From Antechinus flavipes (Eukaryota): a stretch of DNA of 64,000 nt. Positions 46,768 to 60,189 of this stretch are shown here, piece after piece; the first letter of the stretch is position 1, and each line of letters starts with the position of its first letter. Position numbers and translations under genes: made by a program. The notes beneath the pieces were generated by a model. It did no database searches. It was not told where the DNA came from and saw only the letters and a program-made list of their open reading frames with translations. Location: positions 190,526,001-190,590,000 of the forward strand of contig NC_067401.1 of assembly GCF_016432865.1 (NCBI RefSeq), written 5' to 3'.

Positions 46768-46974
46768 CTAGAGTTGAGGGTATTGGGGATGGGCAGAGGA
46801 CAGTGGCTGTCTGAACTCACACAGCCTTGATATCTGAACAGTTTTGCTTTGCCTAACTTCCCTATCCTTCCCTTCCCATTCTTTTTTTCACTCATACTCA
46901 TTTTTATTCCATCCTTTTCTTCATCTTCTTTTAATTTTTTTCCCTACCCTTCTCTCTTTTTCATGTCCTAAACT

Positions 46975-47135
46975 GCCTTCATGGGTAATTTTTCAGCATT
47001 GACAATTGCAATACCTTTTGTTCCATTTTTCCCTTCTTTTCTCCCACCCCTTCCCCCAGATGGCAGGTTGACCAATATATGTTAAACATGTTAAAGCATA
47101 AGTTAAATACAATATATGTATACATGTCCAAGGTA
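46975..47135 (-). mobile_element. Short LINE-1 3' UTR fragment
   Basis: Same 3' UTR motif (GGGTAATTTTT..CATTGAC..TGCAA) as the neighbouring L1s. It lies where NOTCH4 exons 26-27 would be expected. Confidence 0.75.
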
Positions 47136-47211
47136 TGGACTTTTTTATCCCTCAGTTCCACACTAGATCCCAAGCCACTTCTTGGCCCAATCTCCATATC
47201 ATACTCTTTAC

Positions 47212-47746
47212 CTGGTATATTTCCTGTCTCTTTTCAGAGCTCAAGCAAATCACAACCCCATCCTCATCAGCCTCAGTCTCTGGCTTCAATGGCCTAGGAA
47301 AGAGAATGGAGCAAGGAAGGAGGATATGGGATTAGAGTTAACATGAAACTCTCAAGAACCTCAAGATCTAATTTTTGTGTCATAGATGACCTCTGCCATC
47401 TAATCGTACATGCTGATTTCATTCCTTCTGCCTTTAGGAGTCATTGTTTCCGTGAAATCATTATTTCTTCTTTCCCTTACTTCTTTCTCCATTTCTCTAG
47501 AGTCATTTGGGGGTATCTCCTGCTCTTACTTAAGTCCAATACTGGCGTCACCCAGAGGGGGCTGACGTCTACAGGAGGCAGGTTTTGTTTGAGGTCGAGG
47601 CCTCCTGGAGAAACCAGGGGGAAGCCACAGAGCACCATGTTCCTGGCACCTTCTCCGGATAAGCTGGAGGACCAGGAGTCTCCTCGGAACTAGGAGAATC
47701 ATCCCAGCCACTGGGGAAAAGAACACAGACCAGGGAAGCTGGAGGG
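47212..47746 (-). pseudogene. NOTCH4: NOTCH4 exons 24 (47746-47530) and 25 (47293-47212), TM and RAM
   Basis: LQLPWSVFFSPVAGMILLVPRRLLVLQLIRRRCQEHGALWLPPGF..IGLK / PLKPETEADEDGVVIC. Frames and GT-AG sites are intact, but the TM is interrupted by Pro-Arg-Arg. Confidence 0.92.
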
Positions 47747-48102
47747 CTGGGGAAGAGAAATGAAGACTGAATCAGAGAAAGATCCAGGAAGGCATACATG
47801 AAACAAATGTATCTATTCTAAGGAAGCTGCATCTAATACAGAGTGTAGACAGATAAGCAGAGAAATCAGGGTTAGTAGGAGGGACAGAGGATCAGTGAGG
47901 GAGAACAATCTCTCTACTGGCTATTCTGAGATTCTAGTCATTTTATTCCCTCTTGTGTAGACAGGAGTAAAATGATGTTCAATAGGTAGTTCTGGGAAAG
48001 GTGATAGATGAGTGTGGGATAAGATAATGGAGGATCTGTGACTGGTCTAAGATGGAGGGAAAATTCAAGAGAAAATTAAAAGCTGAGGGTGATAGCATCT
48101 AC

Positions 48103-48276
48103 CTGTGCCTTCTTGGGGATAGGCAACTCTCAGGGGCCCGGGCAGTAGAGTGTCTAGGCCCAACAGCAGCCATTGCAGCTAGGAAGGGGAGCAGAAAGCC
48201 TGGATCCCATTGGCATTGGGGGGCAGGAGGGGCAGAGCCACAGCAGGATGAATCTATCCCTAGCACCACCATAAAT
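48103..48276 (-). pseudogene. NOTCH4: NOTCH4 exon 23 remnant
   Basis: 174 nt (human about 176). FMVVLGIDSSCCG..WDPGFLLPFLAAMAAVG, then a frameshift before LLPGPL. Confidence 0.88.
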
Positions 48277-48365
48277 CTATATGAGTGGAAGCATGAGCAT
48301 TTAGTTATTTGGGCACCGGTTAGCTGCCCCTGTCCCTAGCCCTACTTTTTCCTAATCTTCCTTAT

Positions 48366-48530
48366 CTAGCAGGGCGGGTGTCAGTCTCGTTGCTGAACAG
48401 GTGTGTGTGTGGGTACTGTTCTTTCATGAGGTGGGTGGTTCCTATTTCTGGGAAGCTCTTCTTCGGTTTGTGGTCCAGGGTAAGGGAATACTATCTCTCT
48501 GCTTGGTCCCTTGAGGCCAGGAGCCAGGGT
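48366..48530 (-). pseudogene. NOTCH4: NOTCH4 exon 22, 3' remnant
   Basis: REIVFPYPGPQTEEEL..ER.. then a frameshift to NETD. The 5' part of the exon (about 220 nt) is absent and the donor reads AG|ATAAG. Confidence 0.75.
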
Positions 48531-48571
48531 TGGCTGTTACATTACTCTTTCTTTCCCCCAGTGTTCCTCAC

Positions 48572-49070
48572 GAGCAAATTTGGGATGTCTCACAATTGTA
48601 GCCATCAGACAGACACGCCATGGGTGACACTGCCCACCTCTGAAGGAGAGCCAGCATTGAGCATGGAGAGGACAGCCCTTCCAGGGATCTGGGATCCCCA
48701 GGGAACAGTCTCCCCCATCCCAGGCACCCTCAGGACCACTGCAGTCAGGATCACAGGCCCCATCTCCATATCGGCCTTTATATTCCTCTGCCTCTGATGT
48801 TTGGCATCAGGATTCCAGGAACAGTAGAAACTAGCGCTACCAGGGCCCTTTCCTCCATGGGACTCTAGCTGCCATTGCGTAGGCAAGGGGAAGGAGATCT
48901 ACAACTGTGAGTGACTGGAGGAAGCAGGCAATCAGGACCCCCATAGCCTTTGAGGCAAACACAGTAAGGGATAGATCCTGGCTGGGAAGAGGATAGACTG
49001 AAACCCCCAGGATGGCAGTGGTGGGGGCCATAGGAAGGAACTCCATGGAGACAGATGGGACCTTCAAAGT
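48572..49070 (-). pseudogene. NOTCH4: NOTCH4 exon 21 remnant (EGF/LNR)
   Basis: FEGPICLHG..CVCLKGYGGPDCL..SPCLRNGS* (TAG at 48867-48865, replacing Cys). Later GDGACDPDCSGPEGAWDGGDCSLGIPDPWKGCP, then a frameshifting deletion. 499 nt versus about 524 in human. Confidence 0.92.
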
Positions 49071-49313
49071 CTTGGATGGAGACGGGGAAAAAAAGTTAAG
49101 ACTAAGGACTCTGGACAGCTCATTCTCTATGGAACCTTTTTTTTTTTTTTAGGGCTTGATAAATTGTTTTATTGACTATGTAAATATAAAATAGAGATAT
49201 AGAAAAATGTAAATAATACATGTTAAACTTTAAAATTCATTTTGTGTATAATTTTTTTTGAGAACTGGTTATTAAACATTTACCAGCACACCCCTGACAT
49301 AGCCTTTCTTTCC

Positions 49314-49345
<32 letters not shown>

Positions 49346-49792
49346 AGCTTTTTATTTACAAAGTGTATGCATGAAAGCTGGTGCCCTATTGATCTTTTTG
49401 GTAGTAGGAAATTCCAAATTCTGGGAAAAAGCCTTCAAAGTGGGATTTCATTCAATTGGGAGATCTTGGTCTGATAATCAGCTCAAACAGCCCCCAGCCC
49501 AAGATTTGCTTATAAAATAGATTTCTGTTAACACTTTCTTTGCAGATCTCCTCATTATGAGATTTGTCCTAAGAGAGAGCTTCTTAGTGAAAAATAAAAC
49601 TTTTTTTTTTTTTTTTTGCCACTAAGATTTCAGCTTCCTGAATTCTTTTCACATTGGACTGTGCAGAGTCCAGAGAGGATTCTCACATCAATTCTCACAC
49701 CTCAGTTCTCTACCACTAGAACTGCATCAATATGATTGTATTCCCACTCCTCCAAGCTCCCTGAATCTTTCTTGTACCTCAGTCCCTCTCAT

Positions 49793-49977
49793 CTGGCAGA
49801 AGTACCCAGTGGGATGGGCCAAACATGTAGCCCCATGCTGGCAGGGCCTCAACTCACATACGTTCACTTTGTCCTGGCATGAGCTGCCTTGGAACCCAGG
49901 TGGGCACTGACAGAAATGGAACATACTAGTGTCCATGCAGAGCCCTCCATTCTGACACAAGGAAGAGATCTCTATGC
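49793..49977 (-). pseudogene. NOTCH4: NOTCH4 exon 18 remnant (EGF)
   Basis: 185 nt open frame, GIEISSLCQNGGLCMDT..FCQCPPGFQGSSCQDKVNVCELRPCQHGATC..YFCQ. The donor reads CAG|ATGAG. Confidence 0.92.
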
Positions 49978-50829
49978 CTAGGGAGAGGTGGAAAAAAAAA
50001 GGGAGGGATATCATAGAAGAAGTGAGGAGGGATCAGCCCAATGGAATGTTTAGATAAGAGCAGTGAGAAAGGAAAATAGCCATTCTCTTCTGGATTATTA
50101 CATTCCTGGTTTAAGCAGAGAATTTTCTTGAGCCTGAGAAACCTTGGCAGGCAATAGATTAAAATCACAATCTGTCTGCCCCTCCCCCAAGATTATGAGT
50201 GATAGATGGTATCTATTAAATGAAAAATTTTCTATAACTCCAAGAATATAGGATGTAGTTATATTGTATCGGGCTATTTTCAGCTGAGTTTAATGTAGTT
50301 GCGTTGTCTTGGGAGTGACTGACCAATCCTGCAAATTCTTTTGAGACACCTCATGATACCAGTCTATGACCCCAGACTTTTGGAGTCCCCTTTTCCAACC
50401 TCAAAACTAATAACATCTTGGGAATTTTCCTCTCAGTCTGTTCTCTTTGTCACTAGTAAATATTCTAGAAAGCTATGTTTCCTTGAGGGGCTAATAGGGA
50501 AAAGGAAAAATAACAGTATGAGTCTTAGGTCATTTGAGTTGAGAAATGTCAATTCTGAAGTGGAAACGTTGGGTGATGGTAGTGAGAAAATTAGAGAATC
50601 AGCCTGGGATCCAAGTGCCTAGAGAAAAATATTTTCAAAGTTTAAGTGGTCTGAAATTTGGGTATAGTAATAGGATCTAACGATTCCTGGGCATATATTT
50701 GGACAAAATGAAGGCTCAGCTCAGAGAAGGCCTCTGATGGGCAGAGGAGAATTGGAAGGCCTTATCATGTCCATTGGTATTTTGTTCCCCAGAGACAGGA
50801 GTGGCTTTAGGAGTGGGCTTTGGTAACAG

Positions 50830-51800
50830 GAAAATTTAATGAAAAGTGCTTACTGTGCGCCTAGCCCTGTGTTAGGGACTTTTGACACAAAGACTAAAAA
50901 ACATGGCAGTGCATATAATCAAGAAGTTTACATTAATACTTGAAGGACAAGTATAGTACAAAAAAAGGAGAGGTCAGTAACTGTCAGAAAGACTTTATAG
51001 AGGAGTTGGCAATAGAGTTGAGCATTGAAGTATGAGAAGGATGCTGAGAAGTAGAGATAATTAGTGCATTTGAGGCATGGGAAATGGCTTATGTGTGAAT
51101 AGAGGAGGGATAGATAAGAGTTCAGGGAATGGGTAATAGTCCAGTTTAGCTGAAATATAAAATTCCTGAATGGAAGTTGTTTGAAATGAGGCTAGGAAGG
51201 TAAATAGGGGAAATATTTTGGAATGTCTTAAATGACTGGCTAGGGAATTTGTACTGTATCTTAGAGACAATGAAGAGATGCTGAAAGTTTTTGGACATTT
51301 AGTTAATACACCTTAAGGATCTTATGTGGCTGGCCCGGTGGTTCAACTTCTGCTTTAGGAGGATTATTTTACCAATTGTGTGGCGGATAGTTTGGAGAGG
51401 GGTAGAGAATGAAAGCTATGATAACAATTTGAAAGCTTGTAAATAGTTTAGAGAGAGGGTGGTATGAATGGAATTAGACCGTGTGAGTGGAGATAAGAAA
51501 AATTGGCTTGGTAGAGTTGAGAAGTGAAGTTGGTAAATCTTGGTAACTGCTTATATAATGCAGGGTAAGGCTAGAGAAAGGATTATATATTTAGATGATT
51601 GGGAGATTGGTGGTATTCTTAAAAGAAGTAATTGAGGAAATTTAGGGGAAAAGATAATGAGTTGATTTGGAGGTATTTATGGTACATCCAGGTAGAAGTC
51701 CAGTTGCAAGATGGTGATGCAGAACTGGAGTGCTGGAAAGAGATGAGGGCTGGATATAAAGATTTGGGATCATTGGAATTGAGATGATATTTAAAATCAT
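50830..51800 (+). mobile_element. Old LINE-2-like remnant
   Basis: Degenerate purine-rich text typical of L2 3' regions. Boundaries and family are recognised by eye only. Confidence 0.4.
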
Positions 51801-52484
51801 ATGATTTGATTACATTGATAGAAAGGTCACAAAGGTGCTAAAATTATGAAATGAATCAACTAATAGACAAAAAATAGCCAACCATAACAAGTAAGAATAT
51901 ACCCTCCTCAACTTCTGTATTAAAATAACAGCTGGTTGCCTATCTCAGTTATATCCTAACTTCTTAGTCATATCATTGCCATCCTAAATGTTTTAGCATA
52001 GGTTTGGTGATTTGTGTGATGGCCTAAAACACTAGCCTAAAATAACAGAGGCAGAAAGAACAGAAGCTATAGGTGAAGGAATTGAAAATTGAGAACAACA
52101 CTAACTTCATCTTCTGACTCAATACTGGGTCTAGCTCAGTTCCCTTTCTATTCAGTTATGGATCTAGTTCAGTTTCTGTATTATGAGAACACTATTCAAC
52201 CATAGGAACTGTGAGAAAATTTACTGCATTGTTTGAACCTAACCCTGTGTGGCTGTGAAGCTGGATCACCTCTACTTGTTGTTTAGAGACAAAATTTGTC
52301 TGATGCTTAAGATCTAGGTTATATTGATCAGAAACTCAATCAGATCTGGGAGTTTTCTCATAATTCTCATAAGTACATATTTCAATCAATCTACATGTCT
52401 TATCTGAAAATTGGCCTCATACTAGTCAGGTACTGTTTCCTTCTTTCTTTGATTGAATATAGATATTTGAGGAGGAGTGGGACA

Positions 52485-52486
<2 letters not shown>

Positions 52487-52526
<40 letters not shown>

Positions 52527-52528
52527 CT
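52487..52528. repeat. Poly-T tract (about 40 nt)
   Basis: Seen directly; it explains the poly-F/poly-K track ORFs. Confidence 0.95.
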
Positions 52529-54759
52529 GGTTTCAGGGAATTGCACCTGTTCACTCTTCCCCTCCAAATTTGGAGAATCGCTAATCATTCCTTTAATTAG
52601 AAATTAGATCACTTTATCTTGTATATTGGCATTTATCCTGTTACTTGTTTTCTTTTAATTGATTGGTCTAATTTGATTAATTGTTTTTAATACATAAAAA
52701 TCCTTCTTCCCCAGTATTTGGGGTCCAGTGTCAAAGCTAAGGAAGCTTGGTCCTGATTTGTTATATAATTGGCACATTGTTGTTTAGTTATTTCATTCAT
52801 TTCTGACTTTTTTTGATCCTATGATTAGGTTTTGTGTTTGTTTTGTCAAGTGATTTGCCATTCCTTTTTTCATCTCATTTTACAGATTAGGAAATTGAGG
52901 CAAACTGTGAAGTGACTTACCCAGGGTTTCATAACTAGCAAGTATCTGAGGCTGGATTTGAACTCAGGTCTTCCTAACTTCAGATCTAGTACTCTATCAT
53001 CTAGCTTACAGTTGGCATGTATTGATTAATAGATTGATATGCTCACAAGCTCTAAACTTTTATTTCCTCTCAGATTCCACTAGCCACTCAGGGGAGCAGA
53101 CTTAAGATGGACAGACAGAGCAGGTAGGGAGAGTTTGCTGACATTGGACTAATGCAGAGGGCTTAGGCAGTTGAGATTCAGATATGTAAAATACCATTTA
53201 TTACTTAACCCTGGGCTGTCACTTCATTTGCTAATGCCCTAGCATTACTTGGTATTTTACATTACCAGTCTCTCCTAATTCCTAGGGTGTCAGAGAATCA
53301 TCTGGCCACTGACCTTTGCAGTGTCCACTAACTTTAACTCGACTCACTTCCTCTGAGTCTCTGGCGATGATTTCTTGAATCATAGTTTAATAACCGATAG
53401 TATGCTCAAGAACAGCCATGTGCAAACTTAAAGTCTTTATTATACTTGCTCACATAATGCCCTGATTTGTTAACTCCCAATTGAACACCTGTTCTGTGAG
53501 AGACCCTGTGTTCACTATCGAGCTCCTTACCTCTCTTGGCTAAACATCCACTCAGCTCAGCTACCCCAGGATAAAGAGAGCAACCTCCAGCTGCAGTGGG
53601 CTTAAAAAGGGTCTGTGAGGTCACATTCACAGGCAATCAGAGAGAGAGCCGTCTCCCGTTACAAGCAGTCCCTAGCCACAGAAATTACTTCTGGGCCATT
53701 CAAACCTCATGTTTGCACTGGACTTGACTCATAAAAGGACCCTTACACAGGTAGGTAATTAAGAATTTGTATCTGTGGTCCAAAGCCTTCCTATTCCCTT
53801 TTCAGCAGGCACTAGAACATTGGGAAATTCTCACTTTCTAAAAATGCTTGTTTGATGGGACCTTCTTCAGGGACCTTAAAACACTACTTTGTATCCTATT
53901 CAAATTTATGTAGGGATTTTTCTAGAGAAAACAGTCTATTTTGACCCTTGGAGGATCAGTAGTGGTGCTATTACAAGTAAGAGAGTTAAGAAGGTAAGAT
54001 TGTCCAGACTGTATGTTGTGTGAAGAAGATGGAGTGGAATAAGCTTGGAAAGGCAGTTTGGAACTTGTTTATGAGATTCTGAAAATACTTAACAGAGGAT
54101 TGGTACTTGATCCTAGAGGTAATTAGGAATTCAAGTTTATTGAGTAAGGGAATAAATAGCATGGTACACAATAAGGAAAAATCATTTTGGCATTTGGGTA
54201 GAAAATATATTGGAAATGTGTGTGGGCGGAAGATTTGAGGCAGAGAGACCAATTAGGAGGTTACTACAGTTCCAGGAGAGAAGATGATAAAGGCCAGAAG
54301 TAGGGTGGTGGCTGTATTTTTCAGTGGCTTTTTTATTGCCTAATAAACTCAGAGTCCTTAGTCTGGCATCTGGGATCTGTTTTTTCCTGCCTTGTATTAC
54401 ACTTTTCCTCCCACGTAGTTGATGCCCCACCTTGGCTCAGCTGCTTGCTGTTCCCCAGATAGCTCATTTTGTACTTTCCCACCTCCATGCCTTCTTCAAC
54501 AAATTTCCCTAGGTCTGGAATGCCTTCCTTTTCTTTCTCCATCTGTTGAATTGCTACTCATCTTTTAAATAATTTAATTGCAACTTCTTTCAAGAGGATT
54601 TTACTGATATAATTCAATTGCACCTTCTTTCAAGAGGATTTTACTGAGCTGGCAAAGTTATTACCTTTCTTTTCTATCTCCAAATTTTATATAAGATTTT
54701 CTTTGTGCCTCTCATGCACTTGTCATGCATGAGTTTTTTAATAATGATATTGGCATATA

Positions 54760-55275
54760 TGTTATGGGCCAGAACTTTGAACTTGAAACAAGGATGCTTA
54801 TAAGGTACTAATTAAGTGGGATTAATGAGACAATGGTTATCTAGTTTAGCATGGTTCAGTTGATTTAATCTTACAACAAATAATGATTTCCTAGAGATAT
54901 AATGAAGGTTTATACTCAGTGTGGTGAATAAGCAGGGACTGAGAGCTACAGAAGACAAGCGCACTAAGAGCTCTTGGAGCCAAGGAGACAGAGATTCATT
55001 TCCACCTTCAGTCAGGCTCCTGGTAGTAGGCTCTCCTCCTGCATTTCTCCACTGAGACCAAGGCTGGTCTGAAAGGGACGAGAAAGCTGCCCAGCCCAGG
55101 AAGGAGATAATAAAGGATCTGGACTATAAGAAAGCTAACCCCCTCCAGGAAAGGAGAAAAGACTTTGAAAGAGATAATAAAGGATTTGGACTTTAATACC
55201 TGACTGTACTTGTGGTGATTACTCTGAATTGAAACGAAGGCTGCTCCCAAGAAAACGGAAACAGAGAATATTACA
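54760..55275 (+). mobile_element. Solo ERV LTR, 516 bp
   Basis: TGTTATGGGCCAGAACT...ATATTACA with a 6-bp TSD CATATA (54754-54759, 55276-55281) and an internal AATAAA. Confidence 0.88.
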
Positions 55276-55753
55276 CATATAGGTTCTAGATCTTCATTAG
55301 ATTGAAATTTTAAGAGGGCAGGGATGGTGTTTCATCTAAATTTTATATCTCCCCTAGCCCCTAAACTAATGTTTTATATTGTAGATACTTGAAAAATATT
55401 TTAAATACAATTTTTTAATATTGAATTAGTGGCAGAATTCTTATCAAACAAAAACTGGTGAGAACTGTATAATTTAGAAGCACTAGATGGTAATAGCATA
55501 CAGTTTATTTAAAACAAAAAGAAAGTGAAAGACTTGAAAATAAAATTAGACAATCATAAAGGATATCATGGGCAAAGCCTTCACTTTTTGGCCATTGATA
55601 TACTGATCTGCTTTTCTTTCATGGGAGAGCCAGCTGTTGGTATTTGATTAGGAAGGGATCCTGTGATATACAGGAAGACTTGCAAACAAATTTTCAAAGA
55701 TACAGAGAAGCCTACTTTCCAAAAATATGAGGGAAATAGTCCTAAAAATAACA

Positions 55754-55980
55754 GGGCAGCTAGGCAGCAAAGCTAGGCACTAGACCTGGAGTCAGGAAAA
55801 TTCATCTGCCTGAGTTCAAATCTAGACTCAGAAATTTCTTGACAAATAATTTAATCATGTTTGCTTCAGTTTCCTCATTTGTAAAATGAACTGGAGGGGA
55901 AAAAAAGCAAACTATTTTAGTATCTTCCCCAAGAAAATCTCAAATAGGTCATAAACAGTTGGACGTGACCCAACAACAAC
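55754..55980 (+). mobile_element. Mar1/CORE-SINE
   Basis: GGGCAGCTAGG..CTGGAGTCAGG..CTGAGTTCAAATC head, core and CAA tail. Confidence 0.7.
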
Positions 55981-57014
55981 AAAGAGAAATGAAATCTGGG
56001 AGACAAAGAAACAGTGATTCAAAGGGCTATGTATTTTGCGGTTAGAATTGTAGAATATCAGAGATGGATGGGACCTTAGACACCATCTAGCTGACAGAAG
56101 TGAAAATTTTAATAGAAAAATCTTAATATTAGTGAATGCCTGTGAATTAGCAGGCCAATTATGTCTAAGTATCCACTTACCACCACTATTGCCACCTGGT
56201 TTGCTAGACTTACAATCACTTCCCTACCCAGATCTTCTCCCCCAAACCCTTCCACTTCTCTGTGCTCATAAGTTATCCAGTGCTATTCCCATACCTGGAG
56301 GACAAAGGCAATAGAATATAACAAGAAGGTCAACACAAGTGCTGCCAGGAAATAAATTCAAGTTTTTATATTTAATAGTTCTATGATGATGGGAAAGTAA
56401 TTTTATCTTTTTGAGCTCAATTTCTTCATCTATAATATAAAAATAACAATACCCGCACTATTCAGAGTTGTGGTGAAATTGTGGTGTTGTAAATTTTAAA
56501 GTCAGTCAATTAATATTTATGTTATGTCTGCTTAGTGCCAGGTACTGTACAAAGCTCTAAATGGGAGTTGTAGCATGCCTTTAATATGTCATTAAACTTA
56601 AATGCAATTGAAGCTGAACATGATTAATTATATCATTACATGTTCCTATAAATATGGATTTTTGATCAATTTGGATTTTTTGCCCCTCCTGAAGAATCCG
56701 ATATCCTTGATCTTATCTAGTATAATCCTTCCATTTTACAGATTAAGAAACAAAGGCTCTGAGAAAGAAAGTGTCATTGTTTTTATATCTAATAAATAGA
56801 AATAGCAGGATTAGTATCCAGGTTTGGTGAGGCTACATCCAGTCCTGTTTGTGGGAGAACAGAAAATTCTAAATCTGAGTAAAGTATTGTATGTAGCGTT
56901 TCAGTTGCTTGTCCAAAGCCTTGGTTTGGGATTTATAGATAGATCTAACAGGTATTGGCAAAAGGAGGGCCCATTGAGATCATTTGGTCCAGACCTCTCA
57001 CTTATCTTTTCTTT

Positions 57015-59245
57015 TCTTTTCTTTTTTTTTTAATTATAGCTTTTTATTGACAGGACATATGCATGGGTAATTTTTGCAACACTGTCCCTTGCACTCAATT
57101 CTGTTCAAACTTTTCTCTTCCCTCCCTCTACCTCCTCCCCTAGATTGCGGGCAGTCTTATACATGTTAAACATGTTAAAGTATGTCTTAGATACAATATA
57201 TATGTACAGATCCATACAATTCTCTTGTTGCATAAGAAAAATTGGATTCAGAAGGTAAAAATAACTTGGGAAGAAAAACAAAAATGCAAGTAGTCCACAT
57301 TCATTTCCCAGTGTTCCTTCTCTGGGTGTAGCTACTTCTGTCCATCATTGATCAATTGATCAATAGATCTTCTCTTTGTCAAAAATTTCCACTTCCATCA
57401 GAATACATCTTCATACAGTATTGTTGTTGAAGTGTATAATGATCTCCTGGTTCTGCTCATTTCATTCAGCATCAGTTCATGTAAGTCTTTCCAAGCCTCT
57501 CTGTATTCATCCTGCTGGTCATTTCTTACAGAACAACAATATTCATATACCACAATTTACCCAGCCATTCTCCAATTGATGGACATCCTTTCATTTTCCA
57601 GTTTCTAGCCACTAGAAACAGGGCTGCCACAAACATTTTGGCACATACAGGTCCCTTTCCCTTCTTTAGTATTTCTTTGGGATATAAGCCCAGTAATAGC
57701 ACTGCTGGATCAAAGGGTATGCCCAGTTTGATAACTTTTTGAGCATAGTTCCAAATTGCTCTCTAGAATGTATGTTTTCCCGCATCCCCTCCAACATTTG
57801 TCATTATCTTTTTCTGTCATCTTAGCCAATCTGACAGGTGTGTAGTGGTATCTCAGAGTTGTCTTAATTTTCATTTCTCAGATCAATAGTGATTTGGGAC
57901 ATCCTTTCATATGAGTAGAAATAGTTTCAATTTCATCATCTGAAAATTGTCTGTTCATATCCTTTGACCATTTATCAATTGGAGAATGGCTCGATTTCTT
58001 TTTTTTTTTTATTTAATGATTACTTTATAATGACAACATTATTCCTTGCACTCGTTTCTTTTCCGATTTTTTCCCCCTCCCTCCCTCCACCCCCTCCCCT
58101 AGATGGCAAGCAGTCCTTTATATGTTGGATATGTTGCAGTATATCCTAGATACAATATATGTTTGCAGAACCGAACAGTTCTCTTGTTGCATAGGGAGAA
58201 TTGGATTCAGAAGGTATAAATAACCCGGGAAGAAAAACTAAAATGCAGATAGTTCACATTTGTTTCCCAGTGTTCGTTCTTTGGGTGTAGCTGCTTATGT
58301 CCGTCATTTATCAATTGAAACTTAGTTAGGTCTCTTTGTCAAAGAAATCCACTTCCATCAAAATATGTCCTCATACAATATCGTTGTCGAAGTGTATAAT
58401 GATCTCCTGGTTCTGCTCATTTCACTTAGCATCAGTTCATGTAAGTCTCGCCAGTCCTCTCTGTATTCATCCTGCTGGTCATTTCTTACAGAACAATAAT
58501 ATTCCATAACATTCATATACCACAATTTACCCAGCCATTCTCCAATTGATGGGCATCCATTCGTTTTCCAGTTTCTAGCCACTACAAATAGGGCTGCTAC
58601 AAACATTTTGGCACATACAGGTCCCTTTCCCTTCTTTAGTATTTCTTTGGGATATAAGCCCAATAGAAACACTGCTGGATCAAAGGGGATGCACAATTTG
58701 ATAATTTTTTGGGCATAATTCCAGATTGCTCTCCAGAATGGTTGGATTCGTTCACAACTCCACCAACAATGCATTAGTGTCCCAGTTTTCCCGCATCCCC
58801 TCCAACATTCATCATTATTTTTTCCTGTCATCTTAGCCAATCTGACAGGTGTGTAGTGGTATCTCAGAGTTGTCTTAATTTGCATTTCTCTGATCAATAA
58901 TGATTTGGAACACTCTTTCATATGAGTGGTAATAGTTTCAATTTCATCCTCTGAAAATTGTCTGTTCATATCCTTTGACCATTTATCAATTGGAGAATGG
59001 CTTGATTTCTTATAAATTAGAGTTGTTTCTCTATATATTTTGGAAATGAGGCCTTTTCAGAACCTTTAACTGTAAAAATGTTTTCCCAGTTTGTTGCTTC
59101 CCTTCTAATCTTGTTTGCATTAGTTTTGTTTGTACAAAGGCTTTTTAATTTGGTATAACCAAAGTTTTCTATTTTGTGATCAATAATGATCTTTAGTTCT
59201 TCTTTGGTCATAAATTCCTTCCTCCTCCACAAATCTGAGAGCAGA
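57015..59245 (-). mobile_element. Two tandem LINE-1 3' fragments (57015-57990 and 57991-59245)
   Basis: Each has a poly-T and 3' UTR. The 203-aa track ORF 58358-58969 is the L1 ORF2 C-terminal region (QIKTTLRYHYTP..HCWWSC..PSIGEW). Confidence 0.92.
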
Positions 59246-59655
59246 CCTCTCATTTTTCTGACAAGGAAATTGAAGATTGAGAGGGGAAGTGAATTAAACA
59301 TAATGACAAATAATGAATCAATGACTGAAACAGGTCCTGGTTAAAGAATGCTCAGCTTTCTTCTAATGGCAACAAAGCAACTTGATTGACTGGCAATGAG
59401 GCTCTCTTGATTGTACAAATGGATTTTTTTCTTAATTAAGATATGAAATCATACCAGGGAATGGACAGACTGTTCTTTATATAATTCAGAAAGCTGATAA
59501 AACTTTTCAATTTAAGATTAAGGGACCATTGTTTTGTAAACTTTATCATTTTTTCATTGCATCTTTGGATGTTCTCTGGTCTTGATAACCATCTACTATG
59601 TTTAATAAGTTTAAATCCTTTCAAAAACTTTGAAAAGGTATTGTGCCTAGTTGAA

Positions 59656-59656
<1 letters not shown>

Positions 59657-59702
<46 letters not shown>
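59657..59702. repeat. (GT)n microsatellite
   Basis: Perfect run. Confidence 0.95.
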
Positions 59703-59704
<2 letters not shown>

Positions 59705-60189
59705 AATACTATGTTTAGAATCCATAGCTGGGCTGGGAAAAGTTAATTACTAGTTGGTAATTGGGGGGTAGCAATGAGAAAATGAAGGGACTGGTTTGAC
59801 CTTGGATCTCAGGAAATAAATATTTTGGGGATATACTCATTTAGCACTATAGTACCAAGAAATCAGTGTCCCAACTATATTCTTAACTGTACCTTCCTCC
59901 CATCCCTCAATCTCCCATTCTCATTTTATCTTCCTATTTCTATATAGAAATCCCCCAGTGCGTAATCAGGCTTTTGTCTCAGGGGGTCAGCAGTGGTTCA
60001 GGTGAAGTTAACTATGCTATCTGCCTTCCTTAGTCTTTAGAATTATGAATGAGCTGCTGGAAACCGACCTGAGATCTGATCAGCTGAATGGACAGTGGAT
60101 TGCACTTTGCTTTTTGCCTCTCTGGTTGCTGTCACTTCCCTACCCAGATCTTCTCCTTGCTCATAGGCTATCCAGTGCTATTCCCATAC

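Noticed and set aside
53140-53760. Possible NOTCH4 exon 11-14 remnants (AELSGCLA, GHCK|GT) and similar hints at 59950-60120
   Set aside because: The matches are too short to separate from chance without an alignment.
58358-58969. 203-aa ORF as a host gene
   Set aside because: It is the LINE-1 ORF2 C-terminus in a truncated copy.
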